From IMG/VR virus record IMGVR_UViG_3300032883_000034: a stretch of DNA of 64,000 nucleotides, one strand, 5' to 3'. The stretch is from a virus. Within the stretch, counting starts at the first letter, position 1; each line of letters begins with the position of its first letter. Position numbers and translations under genes: made by a program. The notes under the pieces are model-generated. The model saw nothing but the letters and a program-made list of their open reading frames with translations, was not told where the DNA came from and made no database searches. Of the stretch, positions 63,970 through 64,000 are shown one piece after another.

Positions 63970-64000
63970 AGTGACTGACCATTCTTTGCCATCCTTGCCA

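Noticed and set aside
1-64000. tRNA genes, integrase/repressor lysogeny module, DGR reverse transcriptase, recognisable defence or anti-CRISPR genes
   Set aside because: I scanned intergenic regions (27296-27780, 39138-39540, 40566-40987) by eye for T-loop-like GGTTCRANTCC motifs. I scanned the ORF list for recombinase/RT motifs. Nothing convincing was found, but absence is not proven without tRNAscan or HMM searches.

Overview
This 64-kb window reads as most of the genome of a tailed dsDNA phage or prophage. The host is probably an alphaproteobacterium, inferred from a phage-borne GcrA homologue and a DnaA domain-IV protein. I saw no host housekeeping genes, rRNA, tRNA, CRISPR array or integrase. 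Coding density is very high, and ATGA/TAATG translational coupling occurs throughout. The layout has seven blocks. (i) 1-29379, minus strand: terL, portal, GroES-like protein, scaffold and HK97-type major capsid. About 25 mostly Ser/Thr/Gly-rich virion, tail and fibre genes follow, ending in a large polyvalent-type protein that runs off the left edge. (ii) 29418-39137, plus strand: a 10-kb sugar island that sits in inverted orientation between terL and terS. It encodes a pseudaminic-acid-type nonulosonic acid pathway: PseB, PseC, GNAT, PseI, a cytidylyltransferase fused to a class III aminotransferase, a methylase, a formyltransferase and an oxidoreductase. (iii) 39541-40550, minus: terS. (iv) 40988-45812, plus: a vWA-metallopeptidase, an HNH nuclease and many small paralogous ORFs. 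(v) 45829-50837, minus: replication and host-takeover genes (primase-helicase, replisome-organiser-like protein, RusA, DnaA-C, GcrA). (vi) 50969-54539, plus: a pentapeptide-repeat protein and early genes. (vii) 54743-64000, minus: a lysis cassette and large internal-type proteins. Five free-standing homing endonuclease genes (one GIY-YIG, four HNH) interrupt the modules, and a sixth, small HNH nuclease sits in block (iv). The most interesting hypothesis is a phage-encoded nonulosonic-acid glycosylation system. It would combine the sugar island with a sialyltransferase/Maf-like gene embedded in the tail module (14429-15376). All functional calls rest on motif-level recognition by eye, and no database search was run.
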